Assembly (NCBI RefSeq): GCF_001194135.2
Contig: NC_068981.1
Location: forward strand, 47,176,217 to 47,229,710
Direction of reading: 5' to 3'
Length of the DNA stretch: 53,494 nt
From: Octopus bimaculoides
Taxonomy: Eukaryota
Under the pieces are notes generated by a model. The model worked only from the letters and a program-made list of their open reading frames with translations, searched no databases and was not told where the DNA came from. Below are positions 11,844-24,958 of the stretch, in pieces; the stretch's first letter is position 1; every line of letters starts with the position of its first letter. A program made the translations under genes and the position numbers.

Positions 11844-13047
11844 AAAGAAAAAAAGAAAAACAAATTCCACGAAAAACAACCAGAAACAACAAATGTAATT
11901 CGAAAACTTTAAGTAACAGGCTCACCCAGGTATTCGGAACCCCAACTCTAAATTACTATACAATAATACCGCACACCTATACAAACAGCAGTTGCTGACG
12001 TCACCTCGGACAAACCCAATGAAATTTTCCCTCTGGTCAGAATCGGATTCTCACACAAAAAGAAACAGATAATCACTACTTAAGTGGACCAACCATCCGG
12101 AACGGCAGAGGACGACCAGGAAAAAAAAACAAATTACCGAGTCCCTACTAGGAAGTTAATTAAGAACAACGCCGAAATTTACCTAAACAAAAATATTGTT
12201 GTCCAAGATGGAAAATATTTATGATCAAAATAAAGTGATGTTACGCTGCGAGAAAAGAATAAGACCTCATGAAAATTATAACCAATATAAAATTAGATCT
12301 TTTTCTGCAAAAACGTATATATGCTAAAAGATTCAATACAAAGAATTCCAGGAAGCGGTGAAAGATGAAGAGACCAATTTACTGAAACTGAAATTGAAAA
12401 ACAGAACTACATGCACCACGACAGAAATTGTAGAAAAATTTTTTTTTTGTTCCACATTTTTCTCTTTCGTCTGAATATGACTGAACTTTCAATAATATAC
12501 ATTTGTTTTGATTTTCGAACATTTACATTGACATTACTATCTATCGATGTGAGACTCAATGAAATTTTTGTGAACGTTTAAGCACTTGATGTTTTAAATA
12601 TGTTTGTCTAATTTTTACCTTGTAATTTTTAAACTCTCTAAAACGTCTATCTTTAATTTATACTTGTACCATTGTTAAGCAAAAAATTGCCGCAACTTAT
12701 TTCGTATGCAAATGAATATATTTAAAAACGACTTGACGCTTTTCAGATCCTAGTGCACTTTCAAATCCCGAACACATTCTCCTAATTTTTTTTCGTGCGA
12801 TCGTGGGAATACTTTAATCGTTTCCATATATATATATGTATATATGAGAAGCATTGGTATCTAGATGACCCAGTTGTGTCGGGTAAGGCTAAGTAAGTGC
12901 TATGGACAGACCGTAGTCAAACTTTTGTTCGGTAATAATACGAGTGTGGAGTCTAAAGTGGGTCTTGTATTAGCATGCATATATTAGACAGAATGAGATA
13001 ACGACGCCAAGTCTGTGAGGAATGTACAGGACATTTATAATGAAATG

Positions 13048-13095
13048 GTCTTACAGCTGTTTCTGGGATATTATGGACATCCTTTCATCAGAGAC
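13048..13095 (-). ncRNA. Near-intact minimal type I hammerhead ribozyme
   Basis: Minus strand reads GUCU-CUGAUGA-aaGGAU(guccauaau)AUCCca-GAAAC-AGCU-GUA-AGAC. The core is perfect, stem I is GUCU/AGAC, stem II is GGAU/AUCC, stem III lies in the perfect palindrome ACAGCUGU, and the cleavage triplet is GUA (cut after 13052). Confidence 0.85.
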
Positions 13096-13429
13096 GGTGT
13101 AAGAAAATATTTGAGTTTGAATTATTGTGGAAAAGATAGGGACTATAGAGGGAAATAAGAGAATGAAAGTAGAAATAAAATATATGAAGATATTGTCGTT
13201 GCAGTTCCATTATCCGAGGAAAATGATGTAGAGAAGTGGTAACAAATTTTCCTGTACATGGTATGTAAGTTCCAATAGCAATTCAAGTTTAATCATTTCA
13301 AAATATGTGTATGATAAGAAAGAGGAGATAGGCCAAATTTAAAACAGGAAGAAAGAGAGAAAAGAAAAAGAGATAAAAAGGGAGAGAGAGAAAAAAAAGC
13401 AAAAAGTGAAAATATTGAAACAACCATCA

Positions 13430-14195
13430 GAATCACAACAGACCACAGATACACTTTGCTAGAACACCTAAGAACACGTATGAAGACATATTACACTAGG
13501 TCAAAAGCTAAAACAGCTAACAACAACGAGCCATGCTACCCTACTCCATTTTCTACAAATATAGATAGCACTACCCCTAAGTACCCCCAAAAATATGGTG
13601 AACTCTCTATTCTATGCTACACAGCCCACTTATCACAACATGTTAAGAACATAGCTAAAATCTTCTTTAATATACTGTACTCCAACTTCCCTCGTCAACA
13701 TAAATATTACTTTCTTTAACAGAAGCAGTCTGAAGCTATCCTATTCCACCCCACCCAAGTTCAAGTCTATCGTAGCAGCCTCTACTATACAAAAGCTTTC
13801 TCTCTACCATCAAACCTCTAACTACACCTGCGCACAATATGTACAAACCCCATGCGTTAGACCACAGCCATAACCCAACTCATCCTACTAACACTACCCA
13901 GAATACTAACAAATCTTCCACCATCCTTTCATATAGAATAATTAACTAGAATGATAGCAATAATAACAATAATAGTAATAATAGTATTTGTAATACTAAT
14001 AACGTAGACCTTTCTGCTACCAATCTCTAACCTCTCTTCTGACAGTATTACCTCCTCCATTCCTTAAAATAATCTCCCAAATACGCCCACTTGCAACTGC
14101 CGTTTTTGGTCCATCTGCCATCTACAAACCCATTGTAGAAGATCTAATGTAATTTATAAATGCACCCTCCTCAACATATTACACAATCCTAGAGC
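13430..14195 (+). mobile_element. 5'-truncated Penelope-like element, Nematis-like (RT thumb/linker plus start of EN), cut by a gap
   Basis: Translations HVKNIAKIFFNILYSNFPRQHKY-FNRSSLKLSYSTPPKFKSIV and PTCNCRFWSICHLQTHCRRSNVIYKCTL match the NIxKxFxxLLxxxFP..FNRxTxKLSYS and CNCRxxxxCPLxxxCxxxNVIYK motifs of this PLE group. Confidence 0.7.
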
Positions 14196-14296
14196 NNNNN
14201 NNNNNNNNNNNNNNNNNNNNNNNNNNNNNNNNNNNNNNNNNNNNNNNNNNNNNNNNNNNNNNNNNNNNNNNNNNNNNNNNNNNNNNNNNNATATAT

Positions 14297-15530
14297 ATAG
14301 GGTCAACCAAAAAGTTTAAGCACCGATATGTTCCAAAAGCAGTAAAACTTTCTGTTAGGAGAACTAGATTATTGTAATTTTAGTATATCGTCACTATGCA
14401 TCTAATAAACTGGCCTGACAACTTTTTATTCCATGACAGTTGTAGTAACACTTTCAACACATCATATTAAACACTGCTTCTCACAGCTGACTACTTTGCT
14501 GAATGCTGTCCGTACATAAAGACAATTTAGAAGTTCCATGTACAATAAAGTTTTGTGCAACAGAAACTTATGAAATGCTCCAAACTGCTTAGAGACCAAC
14601 TTACATAAGAAGAACATCTGTTTCTCGCTGGCAGAAGAGGTTCAAGTTCGGAAATAGGAATGAGAAACGATAAGAGATATGTGAGTGACTTCAGAACATC
14701 AGAGCTGGTTCAGAAGATATACAGTTTTCTGCAGGAAGAGCATATTTTATCTATAAAGAAGATAAGCGTACGGTTTCGAGTTGGTGTGGCAATAGAAGTG
14801 ACAATCAGTTATGAAGTTCTGAACATGTGCAAAACGTAAGCAGTTTTATTCCAGTGGAATCAGTGACGAACAGAAGGAAAGACGCGTTGGTGATGGCAGG
14901 GTTATGTTTGGTCTCATTACCTCCGATCCCATAGTACTTGAGTCTCTGATGTGCCAAAAGCTGGATTTATTATTATGATCCAAAGACTAAGAGACATGGT
15001 TCCCAATGGAAGCATCATCCTCGAGCGACTAAACCAAAGAAGTCCAGTTAAAGCAAGTCCAACGGTAACCCACTTTTGCAACAAGGACATCATCTACAAC
15101 CACTGGATTCCTTCGGGACACTGTCAACAAAAGTAATTTGTGTGTGTTTCATGTTGTTTAGGAAGTGATTTAGTCGTAAAAGCCCAGAGATTTACCACTC
15201 GGGAAGATAGCACCTGCACCAGGACTGTTCACATTTCCGCGGTCTCATCCTGGTTAGCAACAATTTTACAGAAATGGGGATCAAAATTATCCCACAGTCT
15301 ATCTTTTGGTTGTTCAGCAAGCAGAGAGAGGACCTCGACAGCAGATGTTTTGAAGACATTGAAAAGATAAAGGAGGCTGTGACAAGTGCCTTGTACACCT
15401 TCAATTTAGAAGACTTCCACTGGGCCTTCACGAAGCGGCTAGAGCAATACAATATGTGTATTGAAGTCAGAAGATATTTAAAGGGGACTAGAGATTTGAA
15501 CTTCATTAAAATTAATAAATATAACTCTTG
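14297..15530 (+). mobile_element. Mariner transposon relic (right TIR lost)
   Basis: TA-flanked TIR-like start tatagggtcaaccaaaaagtt. Transposase remnants include SVSRWQKRFK and FWLFSK-REDLDSRCFEDIEKIKEAVT...AFTKRLEQYNMCIEVRRY (ORF 15274-15531). Confidence 0.8.
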
Positions 15531-15547
15531 AAAAAATCTCAAAACAA

Positions 15548-16061
15548 CAGTTTACGCACATGTACAAAAATGACGACAGCGGGTTCGCTAAAGACTTTGC
15601 TCATGTTTTCGTCAAATTGGTCATGCCCATTTTATATAGAATTTAATTTTTCGAAGAAAGTCGAAATTTGACGAAAAGTGTTTCATATCTATAAGAAGAC
15701 ATGTTATTAACGGTAATTTGTTTACCGAGTACCTCAGCTAGTCCTACAATAAAGAAACATTCGTTGTTTTATGTATTACGTAATGTTTTGTTGTCTGTGT
15801 ATAATGGATAGGTAAGCAAATACTAAAAAAGTATCCCTGAAAGAATAAGTAGAAACAACATAAATTCGCTGTTATAAATGTGTAAATAAAGTAATAAAAA
15901 ACAGAATTTCAGGTGAGAAATTAAATATTTGGAGTAAGAAGCACTTATTGCACAGAGAAAAAATTACATTGATATAAATTTAAAACTTTTTACACATTCA
16001 GTTCATGTTCCGAAAAGCTATGTATTTAATTAACAGCGTAGAAATACACTGCATTAAGTTA
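15548..16061. repeat. 514-bp direct duplication, copy 1 (copy 2 at 17022-17535)
   Basis: Both copies run from cagtttacgcacatg to gcattaagtta, have equal length, and I saw no difference by eye. Confidence 0.95.
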
Positions 16062-16529
16062 TATATTAAAATCCTATTAGAAGCGTAAAGTTATGCTGTT
16101 ATACTATGATTCGATTCCAGAAAGTGAAGTATAGCTATTTATTCGGAAATTACGACTGGATTAAAATGGAAAAGATACAATCGTCACACCGAAACCAATG
16201 ATTTTCATTAAAAAAAATATATCTTATATAGTTCATATCCTTCCCCAAAATAAATTCATATTTTATCAGAAACCGCCGCAAAAGCAATAAAAATCTTTAG
16301 ATTGCAGTGAGTGTACCATAGATCATCTCACTCAGAAATAAATGAGTTTCATCAACAGAAGACAAACATAGAGAAAATAACGAAAAAATATACCAAACCA
16401 GTAAAAAACAAAATTACAATACAAGTTCAAATTCACATTTAACAGCAACCACAATAAGAATTCTTATCGCAGCATATTAATCATGAAATATTAAAACAAC
16501 AAATTTATTCTATCATAATAAATGGGAAG

Positions 16530-17200
16530 TTTGTGTATTTGTGAAATTTTTACTTTAACTCCTTCAAGAGTATCCAAGAGACCTTGATGAAATTTGACAC
16601 GTTTGTGTGTTTGAGTGTGGGGGGGTTACCTCCATACAGTCACTTACGCACTTGGAATTTTTTAAAAATCGATTTTTAATCAGCATCGATTTTTCGAATA
16701 TCGTAAAATTTCGGCATTTTTCGCACAAGCCATCGTGATATCAATTTGACGAAAAATACCGAAATTTGTTGAAAAATGTTTCAAGGGTATAAACAAACAG
16801 CTTATTAACGGTAATCTATTTAGCATTTGCTAATTCTTAATTTCAACGCGAATTGTTTTGATTTGCTAAAACATTTTATTTTAATTTGTTGTTTTAATTC
16901 CCCAGCGTTTCAGGTATTGATTAGGCAAGACAATTTTATTTCTCAAGCAAATTAAGGGAGTTCGTGCACTAACCGTCGTGACATTAATTGATGAAGTCTG
17001 CCCCAAAGCGTAAAATGTCACCAGTTTACGCACATGTACAAAAATGACGACAGCGGGTTCGCTAAAGACTTTGCTCATGTTTTCGTCAAATTGGTCATGC
17101 CCATTTTATATAGAATTTAATTTTTCGAAGAAAGTCGAAATTTGACGAAAAGTGTTTCATATCTATAAGAAGACATGTTATTAACGGTAATTTGTTTACC
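16530..17200. mobile_element. Possible non-autonomous Helitron/Helentron-like repeat
   Basis: gtttgtgtatttgtg...aactccttcaag...accttgatgaaatttgacac resembles DINE/HINE-type 5' motifs. An internal subrepeat aatttgacgaaaa...tgtttca...ttattaacggtaat occurs at ~16742-16815 and ~17140-17190. Confidence 0.3.
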
Positions 17201-17535
17201 GAGTACCTCAGCTAGTCCTACAATAAAGAAACATTCGTTGTTTTATGTATTACGTAATGTTTTGTTGTCTGTGTATAATGGATAGGTAAGCAAATACTAA
17301 AAAAGTATCCCTGAAAGAATAAGTAGAAACAACATAAATTCGCTGTTATAAATGTGTAAATAAAGTAATAAAAAACAGAATTTCAGGTGAGAAATTAAAT
17401 ATTTGGAGTAAGAAGCACTTATTGCACAGAGAAAAAATTACATTGATATAAATTTAAAACTTTTTACACATTCAGTTCATGTTCCGAAAAGCTATGTATT
17501 TAATTAACAGCGTAGAAATACACTGCATTAAGTTA
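17022..17535. repeat. 514-bp direct duplication, copy 2
   Basis: Appears identical to 15548-16061. Confidence 0.95.
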
Positions 17536-18940
17536 AACTGTTTAATTGTAAAGTATCATTATGAAATTTCTCTATGCATATTCATGTTTCTGTGGATTAA
17601 ATCTATTGTATTATTCATTATATATTAAGATATATATTCAAAGAGAGATAAAATGGAATAAAAAGAAAAATGAAAAAGAGCATTATATATGGTTTGATTT
17701 ATTTGTCATTAAAGATTGTTTAAATTGTCTAAAAATGAATAAATTATAAAATATATTTGAGAAGTTGATGGCTTTACTCCGAGGAATGAATTTATCTGAG
17801 TGTAATCAATCAATTTATGGCTTTAAGCATTACTCTGAAAAATATTATCGCCATTTTAAAACATTTTTCCCTGGTTTTAGGAAAACCACTCGAGACTCAT
17901 CAAATATCGTGGTTTATTTTCTGCTGGAATATCTACAGATAAACATATATTGGCGTGCAAGCCATCAGTTAGAGAGAATTTTACAGGATTGAATTCCTAG
18001 AGAACTAAGATTGTGGAGGCCCTTCTTGTTGGATTTTTGCAAGACGACAACTAATGGTTTACGAAAGAAGAAAGGCGCGTGTTCTGTGAAAAGCTTGCGT
18101 AACAATTAAAAATATATGATTCTGAGGTGCCTTCTTGGGTCGCTAGAATAAGGAGGCTGATGAGACACAGCAAAGCAGCTGATGTTTTCCGATCTATGTA
18201 GTATTGTTTGTTTGCTACTGTACTACTGCTAGGTGTAAATCATCTGTACTATATGATTCTATGCAATTGACTGTTTGGATGGTATTTGGAGAAACCTAAT
18301 TTTCATTTACGAACATGTCTATATAGGAATGGTTTAATGCCAAATATCATTTAGCGCAATACTGAATATTTAGACGAGTTAATGTGCCACGTGACTGAAG
18401 TTGAGGGAGGTATTACGTTGTATGTAGACATGTTCTTCACATTACAGATTATTCTCTGTAAGATGTCAGAGCTTAATGGAAAGTTGAAAGTATAAATTCT
18501 TGTTCGGTGTTGAATCCTCAAGTGTATCCAGCTCCCAGTATTATGTATGACAGGAGTGCGAGTGAGTAAACTATATAATTGTGTATCCACGATTAAATAC
18601 TAAAGTTCATTATATATTAAAATCCTATTAGAAGCGTAAAATGTTTGAATATCATTTAAACAGAAAGCCACAGACGACAATGAATCACCTTTGAACTATT
18701 TGAAGTATTGAAGTATTGTAAGTCATATATAAAATTAGGATAAGTTGTATGTGAATATTTGAATTACTAGTGAATTGTTCACTTCAATTTTCATTTTTTG
18801 AAGCTCAATAAAATAATACCCCATGTCGTGAAAGGCATATTACTCTAAATAATTGTAAACAAATACTAGAATTAGTAGAATTCTGCCTCATCAAGAAAAA
18901 TATTATTAGCAGATCCAATATATTATTAACCTAGAAGAAT

Positions 18941-19300
18941 TATGAGGGTGTCGGGACAAGAGCATGCGGCGTGACTTTTAAATTTCTTTATACTCTATGT
19001 TATTTATGCGATAAGTTTTAAGAGTTATTTCTGAGTAGACAAAAAATTAATCGCGGTCTGATCCGCTGCTCTGATTCTTAATATCTTTGAAGACAAATTT
19101 GTTTTAAATATTTTGGCAATCAATAAGGCGCAAGCTTTAACGGTAACTCGGCGGAAATGATGGAGTGAAGGACTGGATACGTTCTGATAACAGCTCTTCG
19201 TTTCAGCATTGTGCACGTAACGTCTACCGATTATGCGGCCTAGCTGTATGCATTTTGCTTTTCCTTGGACAACAATATTGCTAGGGAGAATTCATTTTCG
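18941..19300 (-). mobile_element. Decayed mariner 3' end
   Basis: TA-TGAGGG TIR-like end at 18941. Minus strand has gctaggccgcat (ARPH of the DNARPH motif) and a VLH..S.ELP..LAPY-like stretch. Confidence 0.35.
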
Positions 19301-20039
19301 TGGTAGTCTAAAAACGAAGAAATAAATGTCCATACCTACGCATACGTGAGCACCATCGAAATTGAAAACATTGAACTTTAGAATACCTTCGTGAGATTAT
19401 GAAATTCAGAAGCTATTTTAGGTGCATGACGTAAATGAAGAGTAATTTAATGTATTATGTAATTTAATGATGATTTCCATTTATCGTGGTGTATCAAAGA
19501 AACAAACATGACAAACCCAGCCATATATTCACATCATCAATAAATCTGTAATACCAGGTTGTTGTAGTACTCTGTGTTTTCACCAACATTCACCTGCCAT
19601 CATAGCGGAGTTTAAAATAAAACTCTCTGGTATAGGCTCTTACTAGTTTCCTTTTTAAAAAGACGGAGACAGAAAACTCTATTCACTCAAAAAGAAAACA
19701 AAAAAAAACAGAATGGTTCCGAAAAATTGCAGCAAATTTTCGGAGGATAAATCTTAAGATTTCTTGCAAAAATTATAATTCGGCTCAGGTATATGAATGG
19801 ATATTGAGAGACGGACTGTTTATCTATTTTTTTTTTGCATGCCTTACTACACGAGGTAGATAAGGACAGAGGGAGTATAAAATTATATTTTCTGATAAAC
19901 ATTAACGTATTTACTTAATTTTATAATATTGTAAATATCAAATATAGTTTAAGGTTTATGTGTTCCGAAAAATTACACTCGGATAAATTTTGCTTTCATA
20001 AGAGTGATAAATTAGATTAATATAAACTGAAAAATTACA

Positions 20040-20190
20040 TTTTTTTCTACTCTAGGCACAAGGCTCATAATGTTGGAGGAGCGGACCAGTGGATTAGATG
20101 GACCTAAGTACACCACTGATACTTAATTTATCGACCCCTAAAGGATGAAAGGCAAAGTCAACCTCGGCGAAATTTGAACTCAGAACGTAA
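20040..20190 (-). mobile_element. tRNA-derived SINE, family B (5'-truncated)
   Basis: Contains tacttaatttatcgacccc.aaaggatgaaaggcaaagtc.acctcggcg.aatttgaactcagaacgt, shared with 51905-52700. Minus strand B-box GAGTTCAAAT. Confidence 0.85.
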
Positions 20191-20645
20191 CTGAAGAAAT
20201 GACATTACAACATAAATGGAAGAGCGACGTAACAAGGTAGAAATGTCAGGAGTACCACATTCAAACTGAGTCTCTATTAGTCAAATAGAATTTTTCTATA
20301 AGCACAGAGCAACTCATAAATTTTGAGGTTAAACTCAATAGATGACTTTTGGAAGCTATTACTTGTATCTGAATACCAGTACAATCTGCTTACTATCTGA
20401 TTACTTCAACTGAATGCACGTCGTTGATTGGTTAAAATTACCCAAATACGACAATCTTTAGCATGAAATAACTGTTAAACTACGAAATTTTGTCAAGAAT
20501 GTTGAAAATAAACAATGTTCAACGTGAGAAATTATACCAGTATATGCAGTTTCAAACTGTTTAATAAAAAAACAAAGTAATTAAAATATATGTGAGCGGA
20601 AGTGAACAGATCTAAAATATTATACATGTGTTTTCACTGCATAGA

Positions 20646-20683
<38 letters not shown>

Positions 20684-21959
20684 GTTCAGTGCTTTATTAA
20701 CACACTCACCGGTAAAGTTTCCACTCATTTACTTATTTTTCCTAAAATTTTCTTTGCGTCTTGCAAACTTGACTGTTGAAAACGTTGCAAGGCGGAACGA
20801 ACATTTTAGGAAAAATAAATAAATAAATGAGTGGAAATTTTACTAGTGAGTGTGTTAAATAATAAGGTTTAAAAAGGGATTGACTCNNNNNNNNNNNNNN
20901 NNNNNNNNNNNNNNNNNNNNNNNNNNNNNNNNNNNNNNNNNNNNNNNNNNNNNNNNNNNNNNNNNNNNNNNNNNNNNNNNNNNNNNNNNNNNNNNNNNNN
21001 NNNNNNNNNNNNNNNNNNNNNNNNNNNNNNNNNNNNNNNNNNNNNNNNNNNNNNNNNNNNNNNNNNNNNNNNNNNNNNNNNNNNNNNNNNNNNNNNNNNN
21101 NNNNNNNNNNNNNNNNNNNNNNNNNNNNNNNNNNNNNNNNNNNNNNNNNNNNNNNNNNNNNNNNNNNNNNNNNNNNNNNNNNNNNNNNNNNNNNNNNNNN
21201 NNNNNNNNNNNNNNNNNNNNNNNNNNNNNNNNNNNNNNNNNNNNNNNNNNNNNNNNNNNNNNNNNNNNNNNNNNNNNNNNNNNNNNNNNNNNNNNNNNNN
21301 NNNNNNNNNNNNNNNNNNNNNNNNNNNNNNNNNNNNNNNNNNNNNNNNNNNNNNNNNNNNNNNNNNNNNNNNNNTATATATTATAATGTATATATTCACA
21401 CGCGCACACATTCATAAATGCAGTGTACGTAAGTATTTACCTACCTATTTGTATCTGTTTTAATCGCTTATGAATATGCTATTTTATTTAATATTACGCG
21501 TATTCTCTGTCTAATAATTTTGCAAATGTTTTTTTTTATTTACATCATTCTTGAACTCAACTCCCTAATCTTATGTGAACTTATTATACACGTATCCTCA
21601 GTGAAATCTATGTCTCCATCGCAAATTTCACGTCACTATTATCAAATATTTTGTCCTGAAATTGCCCTTTATTAGACCGAACAGGTGGAAAGCATCATCT
21701 TTGCGCTTAAAGGTGGATGTGGGAAAAACGGACGAAGAAAATTTGCAGATTAGTTGTTAAACATGTGTTTGATCGCACGTATTCATGGTGAGTATTGCGT
21801 GTTCTTAAATTTTTATTCGTTCGCTTTCCATCCAAATTGCTTCCCTAATTCCTTTGTAGTTTCTCAGTGTAGCACTTACTGTTCTCGGTACAAATACAGT
21901 CAGAAATCGAAGAGAAAGATAACTTTCTCAGAACAGCAGTGAGAATGCCTTTCTCTGCT

Positions 21960-22400
21960 GGTCGCTTACTCATGAATGTTTTAGGTCATGAAAAATTGGT
22001 GAACTGCTATTGCTCGTGCTGAATCTTATCTCATAGAGCATAAGTATGCATTCCATTTCGCTCCCTATCACCATCTTAGAACATAATTTCTGTTTATGTG
22101 GTCTCTAAAGCACCTCCGTCGATTAGAGTGCATTTAAATCTTCCTTTCAATTTATATGTCAAGAGAACCACTTTGCATACACTTTCCAATGTCCGAAATT
22201 TCTCCTCTATTTTCTGTAGTGTATTCTGACCGAAATCAAGCTGTAAAGTAAGCTCAAAGTAAAGTGTTGTGTTTGTTTGTGCGAATCAGTCCATCGACGT
22301 GCTGTTCGAAAGTTGATATTTTTCCACACAGCCGATTATGTTTCAAAACTAATTTCACCTTTCAATGAAATGCTTTATCTACCTGTGCATATCACTGCAG
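21960..22400 (-). mobile_element. Possible IS630/Tc1-like transposase relic
   Basis: Only degenerate motifs on the minus strand: FRTARRW, an ERK/ED-like stretch and PIFHD (cf. IFHDES). No continuous frame. Confidence 0.2.
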
Positions 22401-23877
22401 TCGATGGTGCCAGCTTTGAAAACAAACTGCATTATAACAATACACAGGAAACTAAATTCATATAGATATATTAACTTTATAATCATGACCAGTTGCTATC
22501 GGGAGTAGGTATACTTCCAACGAAAACAACAACATATTATACAAAGTAATACACTCCAAAGAATCAACACATATACAGAACGAAATATGTTTGTTAATCT
22601 GCGATATCGCAATAAGAACTTCAGCATGTAATAGAAGACATATTTTCTTTCTAAATAACGTAAATTCTTCGGGCGCAATTTTTTCAATGCTTCTGGCAAA
22701 TCGATTTTGAAACTCATATATACGCAGTTAAGAAATGCAAGAAAATATAAGTTTTTTCTTTGTAAATTATTTAGTGTATTATATGAGTAAAGCATACAAC
22801 ACATTAATAAATATATGTAACATGAAATAATTTCACCTTTTCCCTAAGTGTAAAAATATTGCTAATAAATTCTCTCATTTTTCTAAAATGATTTAAGCAC
22901 GATGCAATTTTGATATTTCTTTTTACCTAACCCCAAATAGTGATACAAATAAAAGCATAATAAAAACTATAATATAAAAATCAACAGTACACGAATAGAG
23001 AAATTTATATTCTCTCAACACATGATATAATAAATATATACAATTTCGCTTTACATTTTACATTAAAAAAATCAAAGGTACCTTTCATGTGCAAACTAAA
23101 TTTTCCGGAACAATTTTAAGTACGGCTATCAAAAAATCGCTTTTCCAATTTCATTATAGCTTATTTCATGCTTAAGTCTTTTTATTTTTCAGTTGATGTT
23201 CTAACTCCCAAGTGAAATATTAAATGTGTTCGTCGGTATGAAGTATATTTGAATGATAGCCAATTCTAGCCATTTTAAACGCTTAGAAAGAAGAAATCAT
23301 TTAAATAGTTTACAGTCAAAACTTCTGCTGCATTATCTCTGACTGCTAAGGGAGTTATAACGAGATTAGGTTTAAAATATATGTATCAAGGCGGAAATTT
23401 GAATAAATACTTTACTCAAAAAAGTGGAAACATCATGAACATAAACATTATCGATACTTTAAAATAATACAAATTTCTAAAAACAACAAAAAACTAATGC
23501 ATTTAAACAATAGCTTCATTAATTCCAAAATATTGTGACCGACTTGGAGAGTAAAACATTTTTCTAACGTAAATTGCTGTTAGACTTTGATTTGAAGTAT
23601 AACTGATGCAATACCATTTTATGGAGCGAGACAACAAGACAACAGTGCCAAAGTTTCGAATTTTACCTGGCTATCGACAGTACTATACAATGAGATAAAA
23701 CTTGCATTCATTGATCAATAGGGTTGGAAATCAAAACTTGTAAAAGCCAAATGAAATTTGAAAATTTCTTATTGTACACGGTAGAGGCAACATAAAGCAA
23801 AATTATTTATACACAAGTTATTACTGCATATTATAGAGATTCTACTCATTGTGACCGCCTTTATGTATTATCATCAC

Positions 23878-24958
23878 CTGGATACGGCGAGTGAAAGTTC
23901 CGGAGATCTTTATAATAGCATGTTCAGGCATTTTGTGCCTTTCTTCTTTCAAAACCTACTTGAGGTGTTCAGTGCTAGAATGAGAACTTCTGTTGGTAGA
24001 CTGCTCTAAAGTGCCACAAATAGAATAGTCCAGTGGATTCAAATCTGGGCTGGAGGAGGACAAGAAATCGAGGGCCAAACATCCGCAAAATTGTTCTCTC
24101 AAATTTTTTTGACTTCGCTTTGTGAGATTTATGGAGCTCCATCTAGAATTTATATATAATTAGGTTTATGGTAATGAGTCTGAAGCCAAAGTAGGACATG
24201 ATATCTTAACGCATTATAATAGACACCGATTCTTTCACCAGATTTGAAACATTGAAGGCGTATATTTTGCCATTAGGTCCCACAGCACACCAGAATATCA
24301 CTGAGTAGGATGCTATGTTCTGTAGAGTCTATTGACTTGTGACAGTGTTTCAGCAATATGCCGATTATTTCGTCTGTTCACAACAGCATCAACAGTGAAG
24401 ATATTCTCCTCAAAATATATTTTCACAGTGGATCTCCACCTCCTAAGGAAGGAGAACACTCTTTTGCCCTTTCTATCCTCCTAATATCGATGGAATATGG
24501 CAGGTGGTATATTGGCATTCACGTAAAGGATTGCATGTCTAAATCACAGCGAATCGCATTTCTTACAGTATTGGTAGCAACTTCCATGTCAATTGCTAGC
24601 TTTCTGAAGAATATAGTGGAGACCATCGAAATTTTAGATATGAGGACCTTCAAGAACGCTGGATCTCTGAATGCCTCTGATGCTATTCAGATGATTCTTG
24701 ACATTATAAACTGTGGTTAACAAGACGTTAACTAGCTCTGAATATCGTTTGATGTTAATTCCTGCACAGAGAAAATCAGCAATGCGTTGTCTCTTTTCTT
24801 CTTGAGGTGGCATAGTTGGACGTATACTCGGAAAAGCAAATGATATTGTTGCTATGGGACCTAATGCTGAACATAAGATAAAAAGAAATATTTTAATAAA
24901 GAATTGCTACATAAAAAATGAGGTTTAGAAAACTTCCAAGATTTACTACCTTATCCAG
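23878..24958 (-). mobile_element. Tc1/mariner (DD37D/maT-like) transposon relic with degenerate TIRs
   Basis: Minus strand MPPQEEKRQRIADFLCAGINIK...TTVYNVKNHL (HTH region) and a WP-SSSPDLNPLDYSI-like motif (tcctcctccagcccagatttgaatccactggactattctatt). Ends ctggatacggcgagtgaaa (23878) and its approximate reverse complement ttactaccttatccag-TA (24943-24960). Confidence 0.8.

Noticed and set aside
11985-12020. ctgacgtcacctcggacaaac downstream of the Neptune-like element as its pLTR hammerhead
   Set aside because: It lacks GA after CUGAC and lacks GAAA.
21677-21793. Possible plus-strand exon ending ATG|GTGAGT with an upstream ttttattag acceptor
   Set aside because: All three frames contain stops, no partner exon is seen, and such consensus matches are expected by chance in 53 kb. 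It could still be a UTR exon.
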